From Nitrososphaerota archaeon (GTDB lineage: Archaea > Thermoproteota > Nitrososphaeria > Nitrososphaerales > UBA57): a stretch of 7,167 nt of DNA. Positions 5,609 through 7,167 of the stretch are shown piece by piece. The DNA lies in assembly GCA_013378385.1 (NCBI GenBank), contig JACAFS010000048.1, positions 1-7,167 on the forward strand, given 5' to 3'. A program made the translations under genes and the position numbers. Each line of letters begins with the position of its first letter. Within the stretch, counting starts at the first letter, position 1. Under the pieces are notes generated by a model. It was given only the letters and a program-made list of their open reading frames with translations, was not told the origin of the DNA and did no database searches.

Positions 5609-5654
5609 AGTATAAGATAAGAATTATTAGGAGGTTTTGTACGACTTATCTAGA
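5603..5654. repeat. Two ATCTAGA copies (each containing the TCTAGA palindrome) flanking a 7-bp inverted repeat AGATAAG / CTTATCT
   Basis: ATCTAGA occurs at 5603-5609 and 5648-5654. AGATAAG at 5615-5621 is the exact reverse complement of CTTATCT at 5645-5651. The 23-nt spacer between them contains AGGAGGT (5629-5635). Confidence 0.35.
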
Positions 5655-5660
5655 TAGCAT

Positions 5661-6428
5661 ATGGATGATTTAATGAAACCGTTTATCAAAGATGGAAAGA
5701 GTGCCCTTTTAGCATACGACCAAGGTTTAGAACATGGTCCTAGTGCGGATTTCGATGATAGAAATGTAGATCCGCAATTTATTATGGATACTGCTGTAGC
5801 TGGAGGGTTTTCAGGTATAGTATTTGGAAAAGGCTGTGCCGAGAAATATTATAATGGAAAAGTTCCACTAATTGTCAAAGTTAATGGAAAAGACAATCTT
5901 ACTGCAGGAGATCCATTATCAAGACAAGTATGTTCAGTAGAAGAAGCAATAAGTCTTGGAGCAAAAGGTATAGGATATACAATATATGCAGGAAGTGAAC
6001 ACGAACCACATATGTTCCAAGAATTTGGAAGAATTCAAGAAGAAGCACACAAAAATGATTTACCAGCAATAGCATGGGTGTATCCACGAGGTGGAAGAGT
6101 TCAAGAACTTGGCGGAGACATGGATCCAGCAATTGTTGCATATGCGGCAAGAATTGGAATGGAACTAGGTGCAGATGCAGTCAAGATAAAATATAGTGGA
6201 GATCCAAAAACATTCAATTGGGCAGTTAGATCTGCAGGAAAAGCACATGTATTCATGTCTGGTGGAGCAAAGACAAAAACTGATGATGAGTTCTTAAAAC
6301 AACTTTCAGGAGTAATGGAAGCAGGAGCTACAGGTTTAGCAGTAGGAAGAAATGTATGGCAACATTCAGAGCCTCTAGTAATGGCTAAGAAGATTAAAGA
6401 AGTAATTTTTGAAGGGAAGAGAGTATAA
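5661..6428 (+). CDS. fba: Archaeal-type class I fructose-1,6-bisphosphate aldolase (DhnA/FbaB family); ADH synthase is the alternative assignment
   Basis: TIM-barrel DhnA-family features are present: LAYDQGLEHGP, PLIVKVNG, and the Schiff-base lysine context GADAVKIKYSGDPKTF. These are followed by MSGGAKTKTDDEFL and GLAVGRNVWQ, which closely resemble the Thermoproteus tenax FBPA class IA C-terminal half as I recall it. The pfk gene 28 bp downstream favours aldolase over the paralogous aromatic-pathway enzyme. Confidence 0.75.
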   Translation: MDDLMKPFIKDGKSALLAYDQGLEHGPSADFDDRNVDPQFIMDTAVAGGFSGIVFGKGCAEKYYNGKVPLIVKVNGKDNLTAGDPLSRQVCSVEEAISLGAKGIGYTIYAGSEHEPHMFQEFGRIQEEAHKNDLPAIAWVYPRGGRVQELGGDMDPAIVAYAARIGMELGADAVKIKYSGDPKTFNWAVRSAGKAHVFMSGGAKTKTDDEFLKQLSGVMEAGATGLAVGRNVWQHSEPLVMAKKIKEVIFEGKRV

Positions 6429-6456
6429 TATAGTACAATCTCGTTAGATGATTTAA

Positions 6457-7167
6457 ATGAAGATAGCTATATTGACTGGAGGTGGAGATGCACCAGGATT
6501 GAATCCAGTAATTCGTGCAGTTGCTAAAGTAGCTAAAGAGAATCAAGTAGAAATGATTGGAATAAGAAGAGGATGGGCAGGTTTAGTAGAGTTAAATCAT
6601 TTCCCTCTTAAATGGGAAGATGTAAAAAATCTTCATTCAGAAGGAGGTACTTTTTTACTTTCGAGTAGAACTAATCCAATTAAAATGGAGAATGGAATAA
6701 AATTAGTTTCAGAGAATTTAAAACAAGTTGCAGATGGCCTAATTGCAATGGGTGGAGAAGATACTCTAGGTGTTGCAAACGAATTATATAAAAATGGGGT
6801 AAATGTTGTCGGAGTACCAAAAACGATTGATAATGATTTATTTTCTACAGATTATACAATAGGATTCGATACCGCGATAAATATCACGGTAGAAGCAATA
6901 GATCGAATAAGAAGTACAGGAAAATCTCATGAAAGATTCATGGTAGTTGAAGTAATGGGAAGGCATGCAGGATGGCTAGCAGTACATTCAGGACTAGCCG
7001 CAGGAGCAGACGTAATATTATACCCAGAAGAGAAGTATGACAGTCAAGAAGTATGTAACAAGATTAAAGAATTAAAAAAACAAGGACAAAATACAGGAAT
7101 TATAGTTATTGCCGAAGGAGCAGAGGAAAAAGAAGGAAGTTTCACTACTCAAGATGAAGAATTAGAT
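6457..7167 (+). CDS. pfk: 6-phosphofructokinase, PfkA family, predicted PPi-dependent; 3' end truncated by the window edge
   Basis: This ORF is absent from the supplied track because it has no stop in the window. I translated it by hand from ATG 6457: 237 codons with no stop. The motifs are MKIAILTGGGDAPGLNPVIRAV, MGGEDTLGVA, GVPKTIDNDL, DYTIGFDTA and VEVMGRHAGWLA. Confidence 0.85.
   Translation, partial: MKIAILTGGGDAPGLNPVIRAVAKVAKENQVEMIGIRRGWAGLVELNHFPLKWEDVKNLHSEGGTFLLSSRTNPIKMENGIKLVSENLKQVADGLIAMGGEDTLGVANELYKNGVNVVGVPKTIDNDLFSTDYTIGFDTAINITVEAIDRIRSTGKSHERFMVVEVMGRHAGWLAVHSGLAAGADVILYPEEKYDSQEVCNKIKELKKQGQNTGIIVIAEGAEEKEGSFTTQDEELD

Noticed and set aside
5629-5635. Perfect AGGAGGT read as the ribosome-binding site of fba, or as evidence for a longer fba N-terminus.
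   Set aside because: It ends 25 nt before the ATG at 5661, far outside normal SD spacing. An in-frame TAG at 5655-5657 rules out an upstream start. It is kept only as part of the hairpin-loop observation.
5899-6150. 83-aa minus-strand ORF inside fba.
   Set aside because: This is a Leu/Gln/Val-rich antisense translation of a highly conserved aldolase segment, with no supporting signal.
5661-6428. Higher GC in fba (about 39% in a 100-nt hand count versus about 32% in a neighbour) as evidence of recent horizontal acquisition.
   Set aside because: The protein is Gly/Ala-rich and highly conserved, which alone raises GC. Two 100-nt hand counts are not statistics. It is mentioned only as a minor point under the fba-pfk finding.
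1-7167. CRISPR array, transposon/IS element, toxin-antitoxin pair or known defence-system gene.
   Set aside because: There are no tandem direct repeats with spacers, no terminal inverted repeats, and no transposase, integrase, nuclease-ATPase or small paired ORFs. Every sizeable ORF is accounted for by a housekeeping family, the SWIM/phosphoesterase pair or the unassigned membrane protein.

Overview
This looks like an ordinary, very compact housekeeping segment from an AT-rich genome, most likely a small-genome archaeon; I see no convincing undescribed system. Lineage is an inference I cannot confirm without a search. It rests on a tRNA with no encoded CCA, a family-4 uracil-DNA glycosylase, ThyX, an archaeal-type class I aldolase, and A/T-rich TATA-like boxes about 25-30 nt upstream of several start codons. 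I call ten protein genes and one tRNA. In order they are: a 6-TM membrane protein of unknown function; a HAD-IIA (NagD-like) phosphatase; a udg-nth base-excision-repair pair; thyX; tRNA-Thr(UGU); purU; a small SWIM zinc-finger protein; an SbcD/Mre11-like metallophosphoesterase; and an fba-pfk pair, with pfk running off the 3' edge. By my coordinates only 392 of 7167 bases lie outside called genes. Two convergent gene pairs share their stop codons inside a TTAA tetranucleotide. I found no CRISPR array, transposase, integrase, long repeat or recognisable defence gene. The items most worth follow-up are: (1) the divergent SWIM / phosphoesterase pair with a 38-bp shared control region and a forced non-ATG start; (2) a ThyX that departs from the canonical RHR motif and carries an insertion; (3) a PFK with the Asp/Lys signature associated with pyrophosphate dependence, next to an archaeal class I aldolase; (4) a HAD phosphatase with Glu in place of the second catalytic Asp. 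All functional calls come from motif recognition by eye and remembered reference sequences, not from database searches.
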